Under the pieces are notes generated by a model. It searched no databases and was not told where the DNA came from. It saw nothing but the letters and a program-made list of their open reading frames with translations. Positions 1 to 12,352 of a stretch of 64,000 nucleotides of DNA are shown piece after piece. Positions within the stretch are counted from its first letter, which is position 1. The number at the start of each line of letters is the position of its first letter. The DNA is taken from the NCBI RefSeq assembly GCF_006345805.1, contig NC_043006.1:33790001-33854000 (forward strand), read 5' to 3'. Both the position numbers and the translations under genes were made by a program. The DNA is from Octopus sinensis (Eukaryota).

Positions 1-478
1 AGTTGTTCTAAATGTAGAATGAAGAAATAAACTGTAAGACTAAACATAAAAGACATATTTGATGAATTAAATAAAAACAGATGAAAAATAAATAAAGAAA
101 AACAGAAAACAATGGAAACGGAAAAAAAACCTGTAAGAGGAAAACTGAAGCAATTAGTGGTTAGACTGGATGTCTTTTGTATAAGAAGGTAGAATCCAGA
201 ATAAGGTTAGCTGTGGTGATAATAAGAGAAGAAATGCTTCCAGCTCTTGGAATAAATTCTTCTTTTCTTAATCTGTAACACCTCCTCCTCTATTTTCTTT
301 ATTTTTTCCTCATCTTCCTCCTCTCTCATTATTGTAAATGTTGTTTATTTTTTCTTTTGATTCTTTCTCAGAAAAATCAATTTGTTGCTATGTTACAAGG
401 TACAGAAAAACGAAAAAAAAAAAAAAGGGTTATTCTCTGAAAGGTTTAAGAATGTGTGGGTGTGTATATTTATTTATA

Positions 479-542
<64 letters not shown>

Positions 543-589
543 CATACATATATACATATACATATATATATGTGTGTGTGTGTGTGTAC

Positions 590-640
<51 letters not shown>

Positions 641-870
641 TATATATATATATAAACACACACACACACAAAACATAATGTTGATGGCGAGTCTTTCCCT
701 GCAATCTGTTTCTGCTTCACTTTTTCCTGCTTTTATAATTTGCATTTAGTTACTTGTGATGTAATAAATTAATATCAGTTTACATTAAACTAATAATGAC
801 TGTTATACAATATGATATAATAATAATAATGATGATTCTTCACCATTGGAATACACACCTCCTGTCAAAC

Positions 871-916
<46 letters not shown>

Positions 917-1295
917 GCATACAGATAGTGTAGTATTCCATTGTTGGTGTGATCAACAACAAAAAAATACTGTATCTAGTGAGAGATAAGTATCATTTAA
1001 TAAACACAGGATTTACACGTGAGCTACTGTAAGTTTCATGTTCAGATTGTAGAGTAATCAAACAGGTTTTGAATGAAACCGATTTTAATACAATGTAATA
1101 CATTATTATTATTATAAGTGTTGTCAATACTTGCTTTTACACTTGTTCCAATGACTGGTTTAATAAAAGACATGAACAAATACAGATATGAAAAATATAC
1201 AATAAATGTTTTTGCACAATAAATATTTGCTGCCACATAATGTACTTTGACACAATGAATCAATTTTGTTTATATTCTGTATGAATTGTTAATTA

Positions 1296-2574
1296 TTGGG
1301 TTGGCAACTAAGTTCCCAACTTTTTTAAAGTTTGTTGTGTTTTTAAATTTTGGAATCTATTTTTTTCGAGAATTCTGTTTTTGAATCATTTTGGAATCTA
1401 TTTTGTATTTTTTCTAGTTAATTTTAGTTAATTTTTGTTTATTTTCAGATTATTAAAATGGAATGTCAAGTTGAGATAAACGAGCATTTTTGACACCTTC
1501 TTTTTGCTTTTAATCAAGGTTCTAAGGCCACAAAAGCTGCTCGTGACATTTGTGCTGTGTATGGATAGGGTGCAATAGCTGAAAGAACCACTTGTAATTG
1601 GTATGCCAAGTTCAAAAATGAAAATTTTGACCTCAAAGATGCACCTCATTCTGGTCATCCAGTTGAGTTCGATGAAGAGCGATTAAACCAACTTTTGCAT
1701 GAAAATTCTCATCAAATGACAAGGGAACTGGCAGAGAAAATGGAATGCTCCCACACTGCTGTAGAGAAGCATCTTCACTCGATGGGAAAGGTTCAGAAGT
1801 ATGGAGCATTAGTTCCGCATGCTTTAAGTGATAACAACAAAAATCAACGAGCCACAATCTCTGCTGGTTTGCTTGCTCATCACCACTCAACTCATGGACA
1901 CAAGCAACGATCTCTTTACTGAATCATTACTGGCAACAAAACATGGTGCATGTTTATCAATATGAAGCAGCGTAAGGAATGGCTTAGCTCCGGTAAACAA
2001 GCGACACTGTGTGTAAAACAAGATCTTTATCCATGTAAAATGACGTTGTGCGTATGGTGGGACTGGGAAGGGATTATCCATTACGAATTGCTTGAACAGA
2101 ACCAAACAGTCAACATGTAACTCTACGTTCAACAGATGGAACGACTCAACATGGCTATTCAAGAGAAAAGACCTAATCAGTAGCATAGAGTTCTGCTGCA
2201 TGACAACGGCCACCCTCATATCACCAATATGACCAAGGAAGCCATTCAAACGAATGGCTGGGAAGTGCTGCCATACCCGCCATACTCTTCTGATTTGGCA
2301 CCAACGAATTTCCACCGCTTTCGATCTCTTTCAAATGCTATGCACAGAGTTTTGTTCAATACTGATGCAGAATTGAGAGCTTGGTTGGATCAATTTTTTG
2401 AGTTGAAATTAGGTGATTTCTACCAACGGCGTATTGAAAATCTTGTTGAACATTGGGAAGAAATTGTAAAGAACAAGGGTGAATACATTATTGATTAATT
2501 AGTTGTTATTTTTTATTAAACCTTTTAAAAAATTTAAATTTAAAAACACAGCGAGAACTTAGTTGCCAACATAA
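1296..2574 (+). mobile_element. Full-length mariner DNA transposon (mellifera-like TIR), decayed
   Basis: 20-bp TIRs TTGGGTTGGCAACTAAGTTC (1296-1315) and GAACTTAGTTGCCAACATAA (2555-2574), each flanked by TA; 1279 bp; encloses a transposase frame. Confidence 0.95.
1458..2498 (+). pseudogene. Mariner transposase pseudogene (about 346 codons in one frame, several premature stops)
   Basis: MECQVEINEHF*HLLFFAF...ALVPHAL (WVPHEL motif)...IITGNKTW...LLHDNGHPH...HPPYS-type motif YPPYSSDLAP...KGEYIID. ORF-track pieces 1695 and 2229 are in frame with the ATG at 1458. Confidence 0.95.
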
Positions 2575-2924
2575 TATATGCACGTAAATATTCATTTATA
2601 ACAACAGAACTCAAAGTAGATAATTATATAACATGTGGGTTCAAGTCCCACTAGTAGTGTTTGACTTTTTCTGTCAAAAGGGTTTTTTTTTAACCTAATA
2701 TTTACACTCTATTATAGCTTTATCTACTTCAAGTTCCACCAGTAAAAATGATTTATTTCATGTTCTCTCAAAGTTTCTAGATTCTTATGATGTTATCAAT
2801 ATGTATAAATAATTATATATTTACCTAGTATACAATTGATATTTCAGATTGTTTTCAGTATTCATATATCATACATACATACATACACACACATATATAT
2901 ATGTGTGTGTGTGTGTGTATGTGT

Positions 2925-2960
<36 letters not shown>

Positions 2961-2977
2961 GTGTGCATGTGTGTATT

Positions 2978-3023
<46 letters not shown>

Positions 3024-3074
3024 CATACACACACACATACATATATATGTATACATAGCATTTAAACAGTTATT

Positions 3075-3310
3075 ATGTGACATTTAAACTTATAGTATAT
3101 GGTATTTAAATGTTTAGCATGTGACACTTAAACATGTAGTGTGTGACATTTAAAAATATATATAATATTTAAACATGTAATATATGATATTTATTCATGC
3201 AATATGTTGTTTTTAAACATGTGCTGTATAGTATTTCAACATATAGTATGATATTTAAACATATCTGTGGTATTTAAATATATTAGTATATGACATTAAA
3301 CTTGTATTGA
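3075..3310. repeat. Degenerate minisatellite, unit about 22 bp (TGTGACATTTAAACATGTAGTA-like)
   Basis: Repeated TTTAAACAT/GACATT cores at roughly 20-24 bp spacing. Confidence 0.55.
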
Positions 3311-3479
3311 TAAATATTTAAAGATTATGGAATTTACTTTATAAATCAATGTCTGATGTTGTCTTATTCTAAGTTAGAAAATCACAGCTTTTCTAGATTG
3401 TCCTTTAGAGACATTTACTAATATAACTAAGCATACCAATGATTATTGGTATAAATGGGTGTACATATGTATTCTTTTC

Positions 3480-3685
3480 TACTCTAGGCACAAGGCCTGA
3501 AATTTTGGGGGAGGGAGCCAGTCGATTAGATCGACTCCAGTTCGCAACTGGTACTTAATTTATCGACCCCGAAAGAATGAAAGGCAAAGTCGACCTCGGC
3601 AGAATTTGAGCTCAGAACGTAAAGACAGATGAAATACCGCTAAGCATTTCACCCGGCATGGTAACGATTCTCCCAGCTCACTGCC
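3480..3685 (-). mobile_element. tRNA-derived SINE, family A (GGCAGTGAGCTGGCAGAATCGTTAGC... head)
   Basis: Same sequence recurs at 35489-35718, 40158-40389, 43258-43460, 46785-47014, 48655-48872 and 55578-55812; has a GTTCAAAT B-box-like motif. Confidence 0.85.
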
Positions 3686-3854
3686 TTCATATGTATTCAT
3701 GCATGTGTATGTGTGTGTATGTGTATATGAATATAAATGCATGAGTGTATGTATTCATGTATGTATGCATGTATTTCAAGGATAAGTAACTAAGAAATGT
3801 GTGTGTATGCACATATACACACTTACAAACATACACACACATATATGTATGTGT

Positions 3855-4216
3855 CACCATTTGAGCATGATCGATACCTGCGTTGCCTTACTAGCACTTG
3901 TGCTGGTGGCATGTGAAAAAACATCCGAGCGAGGTCATTGCCAGTGCCGCTGGGTTGACTCCTGTGCAGGTGGCACATAAAAAGCACCATTTGAGCATGG
4001 CCATTGCCAGTACCGCCTGACTGTCCCTCGTGCCGGTGGTACGTAAATGCACCACTACACTCTCAGAGTGGTTGGCGTTAGGAAGGGCATCCAGCTGTGG
4101 AAACTCTGCCAGATCAGACTGGAGTCTGGTGCAGCCATCTGGTTCGCCAGTCCTCAGTCAAATTGTCCAACCCATGCTAGCATGGAAAGCGGACATTAAA
4201 CAATGACGATGATGAT
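3855..4216 (+). mobile_element. 5'-truncated RTE-LINE 3' end with (GAT)n tail
   Basis: GTGCCGGTGGCACGTAAAAAGCACC-type units, then CTCTCAGAGTGGTTGGCGTTAGGAAGGGCATCCAGCTG and a GAT tail. The same tail is joined to RTE ORF2 C-terminal codons at 53208-53840 and 61907-62505. Confidence 0.8.
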
Positions 4217-4286
4217 TTCGTATTTTACAAGATTATTTACGTATATTTATTAATTTATCTAATTAATCATTTTATTGCTTTTATCT

Positions 4287-4383
4287 TTAACCTGAAGAGT
4301 GACTATATTTATATTGAAGTGATTTTACTATTATTATTACTATTATCATTTCTTAAATATAGCCACGAAACATGTGTCATTAT
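4287..4383 (+). ncRNA. Type I hammerhead ribozyme-like motif (partly decayed)
   Basis: CTGAAGA 4292-4298; stem II GTGACTATATTTA/TAAATATAGCCAC (12 of 13 pairs, G10.1-C11.1); GAAAC 4367-4371; ATGT; GTC 4376-4378; stem I TTAAC/ATTAT imperfect. Confidence 0.7.
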
Positions 4384-4620
4384 TCTACCAAATATATATT
4401 TATTATTTTTCAAATTACTTAATCATTGTTATATGTTTTATCTTATATTTAGTCTTTCTATAAGATGTAATTTTTCTAAATGGTATAATTAAATTTTTCA
4501 TTATTGAATTGATAAAAGGTGTTTGTTCTAATTTATATATATATTATATTTTGTGAAATTTGATTTAGTATATCTAAATTGAATTTTTCCCTGTAAGTTT
4601 GGAATAATATTCCCTCATAT

Positions 4621-4675
<55 letters not shown>

Positions 4676-5655
4676 CATACATACATACATACATACATAC
4701 ATACATACATACATACATAGATATGTATATATATATACATGTATATATATTCTGAGTCACTTAATGCAAAACAAATAATATACTATTGAGCTAAGCTACA
4801 ACCCCAAGACATTTTTAGGAAAGGGACTCTTTATGCTTACTTGACACACTAGAAACAGCAACTAAATGTTCTTCAAATCACTGCCTATTGTCTTTAAAAA
4901 AAGTCATATTTGGCAATATGAATTATTTGATAATATGAGATTAAAAAGCTTCAAAAGATGAATTGGTTATGATTGGAATCTGTTTAATTCTGGATCTGCT
5001 TCTTCATTGCTGTTGGTTGGTGATGGCTAAATACCAACAACAATAATAAATACAACAAAAACTTTTGATGGTGAGCTGTTTTTGTTATTTTCTAGCGCAC
5101 GTCAGTGAACTCAGTTATTTAGGAATTAATGAGAGATTAAGAGACAGTTCAGTGTTAATCCTTTACTTGTCCTGTTTGTCACATGTAATACACAGGACAT
5201 CTCTCCTTGGCATCTATGCATCATATATGATACACATTTCCTTTTTTCTTTCAACTGTATGAGTAATTTGGGGACGTATGAAAGGAAAGCTTTATTGCAC
5301 TCAGAATGTATAAGACAAAGATTTACTATAAGACTGAAAACAAGCATGGATGTTCAAGAGAAACTTATGAAAATACTTTGGACAAGTGAAGGGTTAAGAC
5401 ATCCATAGAGATTTCACTGAGAGGAAGCAGTTATCTAAGCAACTCTGTTGTTACACTGGATGCTGTTGTTTCATTGATGCTGTCTTTAGATAAATATCAA
5501 ATTCTAATGAATCATATTATCAACTGGAATCATGCATAAAGATGAGTGGGGGTGGGTGGACTGACGGGTGGTGGGTGATGTGGCTGCCATCATCATCATT
5601 ATAATTGTTAATATCATTGCTATGATTATTATTATTATTACTAATATTATTATTA

Positions 5656-6125
5656 TCGTTGACAGAGCAGCTAACCGGCTTCCGTGCCAGTGGCACATAA
5701 AAGGCACCATTTGAGTGTGATCATTACCAGCGTTGCTTTACTGGCACTGGTGCCCGTGCTAGTAGGGTGCTAAGAGTACCATTCGAGCATGATCGTTGCC
5801 AGAGCGGCTAACTGGCTTCCGTGCCGGTGGCACGTAAAGGCACTATTTGAGCTTGATCGTTACCAGCATCGCCTTCTGGCACATGTGCCAGTGGCATGTG
5901 TAAAAAGATTCGAGCAAGGTCATTGCCAGTACCGCCTGACTGGCCCCATGCTGGTGGCACGTAAAAGCACCCACTACACTCTCGGAGTGGTTGGCATAAG
6001 GAAGGGCATCCAGCTGTAGAAACTCTGCTAGATCAAGACTGGAGCCTGGTGCAGCCATCTGGTTCGCCAGCCCCCAGTCAAAATCATCCAACCCATGCTA
6101 GCATGGAAAGCGGATGTTAAACGAC

Positions 6126-6178
<53 letters not shown>
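5656..6178 (+). mobile_element. RTE-LINE 3' UTR fragment with (GAT)n tail
   Basis: Same family as 3855-4216; long GAT tail at 6125-6178. Confidence 0.8.
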
Positions 6179-6180
<2 letters not shown>

Positions 6181-7140
6181 ATTGCCTCTGCCTTAGTGAA
6201 GTTGGAGGTATTGTTTTCAGTTGTGTTTGTTTGTTTGTTTGTTTGTCTGTGGACAAGATATCTCAAGAACCACTGGATGGATTTGAATGAAACTTTCAGA
6301 GATGTTTGGTTTCGCGACTGGCATGAACTGATTAGATTTTGGGATTGATCTGGTACCAGACAAGGATTCTGGATTATTTGTTATATTTACTTTACTTTAC
6401 ATGACTTTACGTTGACTCTCAAGTCTTTCTCTGATTATCTCCTTTGAAAGCACACTCATGGTTTCCACATAAGATATGACAGCATTGCTGTTTCCAAAGC
6501 TTTATTTTCATCTCTTTAGTATTAATTTTACTCGTGTCTCTGTCTTAGTAGAAATTGATGGATAAAGAAATCAAACTACCTAAACAAACAGCAGCAAAAC
6601 CATTCAGAAATTAAATAATGCTAACATATTCAGTAACAGTAATAAATTTAATTTATCCTAGACAATTTTTAGTTTTACAAGTTTTGAATATATTGCTCCT
6701 GTCTAAAACCTCTTACCTGCATGACAATTGCATTTCTAGCTCTGCCTTGAAGGAAGCTTTACTTCTTGGACTCACATTTTTGTGTGCAACGATGTTGTTA
6801 AACCTCTGTTAACAGCACTGTGTGCAGGTCCTTTGCATTTTCTTTTATGCATGGATAAATTTTTTTACTATAGACCTTAATGGCCGTAAAGACACTATAT
6901 CAGTGGATAGACCAAAAAAGGCCTTCATAGAGAAAACTGTCCCTGTTCCCACTGCAGATGACACACACACAGCATTGCAAACACAGCCCTCACATCCACC
7001 TTCACATTCCATGACTACCATTGGGATCGATCAAGTACCGGACAAGGATTCTGGATTATTCTAAAAATAATCTCTGGCTAATCGTTGAAAGGGCAAACGT
7101 GTTGCCTTGGCAGAAGTTTGCGCTCTCTGAGTGCTCTTGT
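6179..7140 (+). mobile_element. Helentron/DINE-1-like non-autonomous element (HINE-like) enclosing foreign sequence
   Basis: 5' TTATTGCCTCTGCC...GGAGGTATTGTTTTC followed by (GTTT)n; 3' CCTTGGCAGAAGTTTGCGCTCTCTGAGTGCTCTT; subterminal IR CCTCTGCC/GGCAGAAG; internal 39-bp direct repeat at 6340-6378 and 7022-7060. Confidence 0.6.
6767..6926 (+). pseudogene. Ty3/gypsy integrase C-terminal (GPY/F) fragment
   Basis: WTHIFVCNDVVKPLLTALCAGPLHFLLCMDKFF, then a +1 shift in a T7 run, then TIDLNGRKDTISVDRPKKAF. Matches the gypsy pattern THVFVR.D.V..PL..PY.GPF.V....K.FT......VS.DRLK.AF. Confidence 0.75.
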
Positions 7141-7154
7141 TGTTATTGTTATTG

Positions 7155-7218
<64 letters not shown>

Positions 7219-7364
7219 TATTATTATTATCATTGTCATCATTGTCTTTATCATAATTGCCATCCTTATCATATTTGTCATCTTCACCATCATCATCTCA
7301 TTGTCATCATTCATACATCCATCTTCATCTTTTTTACAATTAATAATTGTTGTTGATGTTATTA

Positions 7365-7760
7365 TCGATGTTTATTAGCCCTGTGTAACTCATGATCAAA
7401 CAGACTCATTCTTAAAGCCATTCCAGTCACGATCATCCAAATGGGAATGACATTATCCAATGTGTCATTTCTTTCTTCTTGACAACAAGGTATGATTTGA
7501 AGAATGATTGGCTGCTATTGTTAGCACCCCAAGCTTCCACATACAGGCACATTTTTAATGTTGTTGATTACCTCCAGGTCAACAATGACTGAGAAAACCT
7601 ATGATCAAAGGCATTCCATGTATGACCATCCCATCTTTTTTGTATATCTATGACTACATTCTCAAATGTGTCCTTACTTTTTTAAGACAGTAGAATGTTA
7701 TTTAGAGGAATTTAGCTGCTGTTTCTAACAAGTTAAGTGACTACATAGAAGCACCCACAC
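7365..7760 (-). mobile_element. Two tandem copies of a (CAA)n-tailed SINE-like repeat (family E)
   Basis: Two diverged copies of ...TAGCAGCCAAAT...GGATGGTCAT...GGAATGCCTTTGATCATAGG...; related fragments near 4830-5050, 28290-28345, 28870-28975 and 56760-56830. Confidence 0.6.
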
Positions 7761-8249
7761 AGGCCCGTTGTTTAAGTTAGTGGTGGTATTTGTATTTTAA
7801 TTCTTAAATATATTTTTTCCTAATAATTTAAACTGGCTGTTCATTGACCTCTTCAAAATCAGATGTAAATATAAAACTGGATGCGGTCACTTCACTGACC
7901 ATGGTTTTAGTCAGTTGTGTCACTTGACAATCAAATCTAAGTAACCCTTTTGATTACAACCCACCTTCAAGCTGAGTCAACCAGGAGGAGGCCTTCAAGC
8001 CAAGCCATGTGGCAAGAGATTTAGAAGTGGACCAAGGACATGATGGCCAGACAATATCCACAGTCTCAGTTTGTTACACTTGGGAAATCAGCAAAAAAGT
8101 ATAATGATGGTTGCTTGTGGTGGGACCCTATTGAACAGGTGCCTGAGGACCCATGACTCTTTCTGGAATAGTGGGTAGAGAAAATGGATGAGATGGCTGG
8201 ATCCCCAACCTGCTTGAGATTGGGCCCAAGTTCTATGACAAAAACTTAC

Positions 8250-8707
8250 TGTTCTAAAGTGATTTAAATTAAAATCTGCCATCAAAATATCATTTTAATT
8301 TGCATTCCAAACTGAATTATGGCAAAGTTGTTTTAGTAAATTTATTTTAAGAATTAATGAAAACAAATTGGTGTATTTCAACAGAGACAGGATAACAAAA
8401 GGGTTAAAGAGATTTAAATTAAAAATTTCCATCAAAATTTCCCAAACATCAGCTGAATAATGACAAAGATATTTCCGTAAATTTTTCAATATTTTAAAAA
8501 TTAATGAAAATGAAAGAAGTGTACCTCAACAGAAATATGGTAACAAAAGGGTTAAAGTGAACTAAATTAAAATCTTCCATCAAAATCTGATTTTGGTTTA
8601 TGTGCAAAATAAGGATAAAGTTATTTTAGTAAATTTTTTAATTATTTAAAAAAATAAATGAAACAAAGGTGGTGCATTTCAATGGAGATATCTTAAGAAA
8701 AGGGTTA
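8250..8707 (-). repeat. Three tandem copies (about 150 bp) of a TTAA/CCC piggyBac-like MITE end
   Basis: Units 8261-8407, 8411-8555 and 8557-8707 each begin GATTTAAATTAAAA-like and end AAAGGGTTAA. Confidence 0.7.
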
Positions 8708-8900
8708 ATATTTCAGAGGCTTATGTAACTAGAACAAATCCAGTTCAATTTGTTATGTATAATATATTTTCTAAGTTCAATATAAGATCATAATAATAAA
8801 CAAAATTGATTTTGCATTGCATAACAAAGCATAACACAAAATGAATATTACATTACATATCAGCTGCAATATAAGTATTTCAATATATATAAACAAAATG

Positions 8901-8935
<35 letters not shown>

Positions 8936-9582
8936 ATACATGTACAAACACACACATATATTCATACATATATACATACATCATATATATATATATTGTG
9001 TGTTTGTGTGGAACCAAAAGCAACAGGCAAACGTAAGCGAGGCCCCATAACAAGCAATGTTTCATGTAATACAAAATAAAGGCCCAAGATCCAATGAAAA
9101 GGGTATGCATTGCTGTTGCAGGGCATACATGTTTGCATTGCATTAGGTTGCATTACAAATTGCAAATAAATAAATAAATGAATAAATAAATAAAGTAGAA
9201 CTGCAAGAAAGAGATTTGTGAATGAGCTTTATGAATGATGTGAATGAGCTTTATAAACAAGGTTTTCTAGTAGAATTTGTCTTTGAGTTACATCAAAATT
9301 ATTACAAGAAATATAATACACAATGAATATTTAAATGAAAAGAAATATAGTGGGATTAGTATTGGCATTCTGTGTTTTATAGTTGAAGAGAAAAATGCTT
9401 TCTGCATGTATATATGCATGCGTATATATATATAAATAAATGGAGTTTCACGCAGGTATAATTCAAATACAACCTCTTTACTTGTGGGATTTTTTGCTAC
9501 CCTAGTAACTATTTATCTATTTTATCCGTGTTAATTGTTAACAAGCAAAAAATACACACATCTATTTATATATATAAATATA

Positions 9583-9620
<38 letters not shown>

Positions 9621-9656
9621 GTGGGTGACCCATTAGCAATTAAAACTTGCAGGCAA

Positions 9657-9823
9657 ATTTATAAACAAAAGTAGAAAATAGTACCAGCAATGCTAGAAAC
9701 AAGAGTCAAAAAACAACTCAATTAGTCACAAAAAGATGAGTGCTTTTTGTGACTAATTGAGTCATTTTTTTTTACTCTTGTTTCTAGCAATGGTGGTACT
9801 ATTTTGTACCCTTGTTTATAAAT
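9657..9823. repeat. Palindrome with arms of about 80 bp and a 7-nt loop
   Basis: Arms 9657-9735 and 9743-9823 are reverse complements (ATTTATAAACAA...CTAGAAACAAGAGT...CTCAATTAGTCACAAAAAG); loop ATGAGTG. Confidence 0.9.
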
Positions 9824-12144
9824 AAATATATATATTTGCTTTTACATTCAGTTATAATTAAAACAATTTTACATTAGTATGATGGGTGACTCCATACTTT
9901 TGTACAGTGCAAATTTATTATTCTTAACGAGAATATTACTGACAGCATATATATATATATAAAGAATGTATATGCATTATACACATGTGCACATATATAC
10001 ATATCAGTTAATTTATTAAAATAAATTAATTAATCAGTTAATTAAAACAATTGCTGTTATTCCTTAAAGAGATAAGTTATCAACTCAGTAATGAAGATAA
10101 GAAGATAATATCAAATATGATAATAAATACATAATCAACAACAACACCAAGAACAACATTTAAAAGCAGAAGATTGACAAAAGCCGCCTCTGGATATTAG
10201 GAGAGGAAGGGTTCAGTGGGGGGTTCATAAGGGTTCAATGAGGGGTATATATGGAGCCTGAATGACAACAACAACAACTATTTCTACAACAACAACAACA
10301 GTAATAAGCTCATCAGATTCGGTAGGAATAATAACAAGAAGAAAGGCTGTTTAATCTTATGTGCAGGTGTGTGGATATATACATGTAAATGTATATATAT
10401 GAGAATGTGTGCATGTACATACGTGTGTTTGTGTACACGCGTGCGCGCGTGTGTGTGTAGTTATATACATGCGAATGTATGTGTATGAGAATGTGTGTTT
10501 GTGTGTGAATATATACATGTAAACGCCTGTGTATGAGAATGTATGCATACATGTATATGTGTATGCACATGTATGCAGTTATGTACATTAAATCTGTATG
10601 AAAATGTGTGCGTTTATGTGTATGTATGTGGTTATATGCATCACTACTTTTTAAACCTGAGGTGTATAACAGGGAGGCTCATTCACAGGGGAGACGGGAT
10701 GAGTGATAGCTGAGAAAAAGGGAGGTTTGTATAAATTTGATATAAATATAATTGTTTAGAGAGATTCTAATGTAGATATATCCCAATCTCCAGTATTTTT
10801 ATGTCAGTTTTTCTGTTTGCATAGGTAGGGAGGTTCTTCTCCAGGCAAGGAGGCACTATCTTTTGTCATGCATTTCATCCCTGTCTTTCCAATGCATTAG
10901 CTCAAATCTCTTTACTCCTTTTGTCCCATATACACAAATAAAGGAATGTAGCTGTTGATGATATCAGTGTTGTACATACTGTTTTTCTTGTTTGTATTCA
11001 CATTGATGTATTAACACTTCCAATGCTATACTCCTGTCTCTTGTATTGTACAAGTGTAAGTATCTAAGTTTGAAATTTTGTCTGTGTTTGATGTTGTTTT
11101 TCAAATTATTTGGAAATGATTTAAGTGCATGAATATTTACATTACTGCCATTGTCACATCAACTGATTGAAAGATACCAACAAAGATGGGTTATAGTAAG
11201 AGAGTACAAGTGATATATATATCGATATATTTCACTCTTGCAATGCAGTAATATGTTCTTAGGTGGTAATCTTGAAATATGAGTGATACATCGAAAATGG
11301 CAATTTATCAAAATGCATAGATAGTTTAAAAATGTCTAATGACAAACTTTCCTTGACATCAGATAATAGCAGTGGACATTGAAATGTTCTGACACCCTTT
11401 AGTGGTAAAAAGGATCAAAAGGAAAATGTTTTTTATGAGGAAACTCCAGAGAAAATATCTGGGATGTTGTTGTTCATAGTGAACAACAACAACGACAACA
11501 ACAACAATGATAGCAACAACAAGAACACCATCACTAACAATAATAAAAAGGACAATTATAATAATATTTTTTACATTGGAACAAAGCAGTACATTTCAGA
11601 GAGAGGGTTGTTGATGAAATCAACTCCAGTACTCGACCTAAAGGCATGAAAGGATGAAAGGCAAAGTCCACCTTGGTAAGATATAAACTCAGAAGATAAA
11701 TGAATGAGACGAAACACTATGAGGCATTTCATCCATCACTGTAACTGAATCTGCATCAATTATTTTTATCAGGAAATAAAAAAGAAAATCACATGCTCGA
11801 GACATGCATTGTTACTTTTAGTTTCCCCTTGTATTTTAGAGAGGGAACGACACCATTAGACAGCCAGTCATGCATATATGTCAGTAATGGATGGGTAAAC
11901 AATAAAACACGAAGAAAGCAGCAGCAGCAGCAGCAGACCAAACATTGCCATCTACAGGAAACTGGGGGACTGTACCAAGTGCGAGCAAGTGCAATATGCA
12001 AGATCTATGGAGGCAACAACATTGATAGCAGTTCTACATTTAGTTCTTTATGCACGCTCATGTTGCGACAAGCAACAGTTTCTGTGCATACATGTATTTA
12101 TGCATCATACACATATACATACATACATACATATATATGTGTAT

Positions 12145-12179
<35 letters not shown>

Positions 12180-12287
12180 CATTTATGCACATTTATACAT
12201 ACATATATATATATATATATATATGTATAAATGTGTATAAATGTATATATATATATATATGTATGTATATACATATATATATGTATG

Positions 12288-12352
<65 letters not shown>

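Noticed and set aside
338-749. YI/HT/CV-rich ORFs here and at the many other microsatellites
   Set aside because: (TA)n and (CA)n artefacts.
6711-6820. Minus-strand CAG|GTAAGA donor with a short open frame
   Set aside because: It lies inside the plus-strand gypsy integrase remnant and its acceptor is weak.
9105-9125. ATGCATTGCTGTTGCAGGGCA resembling miR-33
   Set aside because: Only 16 of 21 positions match, and no convincing precursor hairpin is present.
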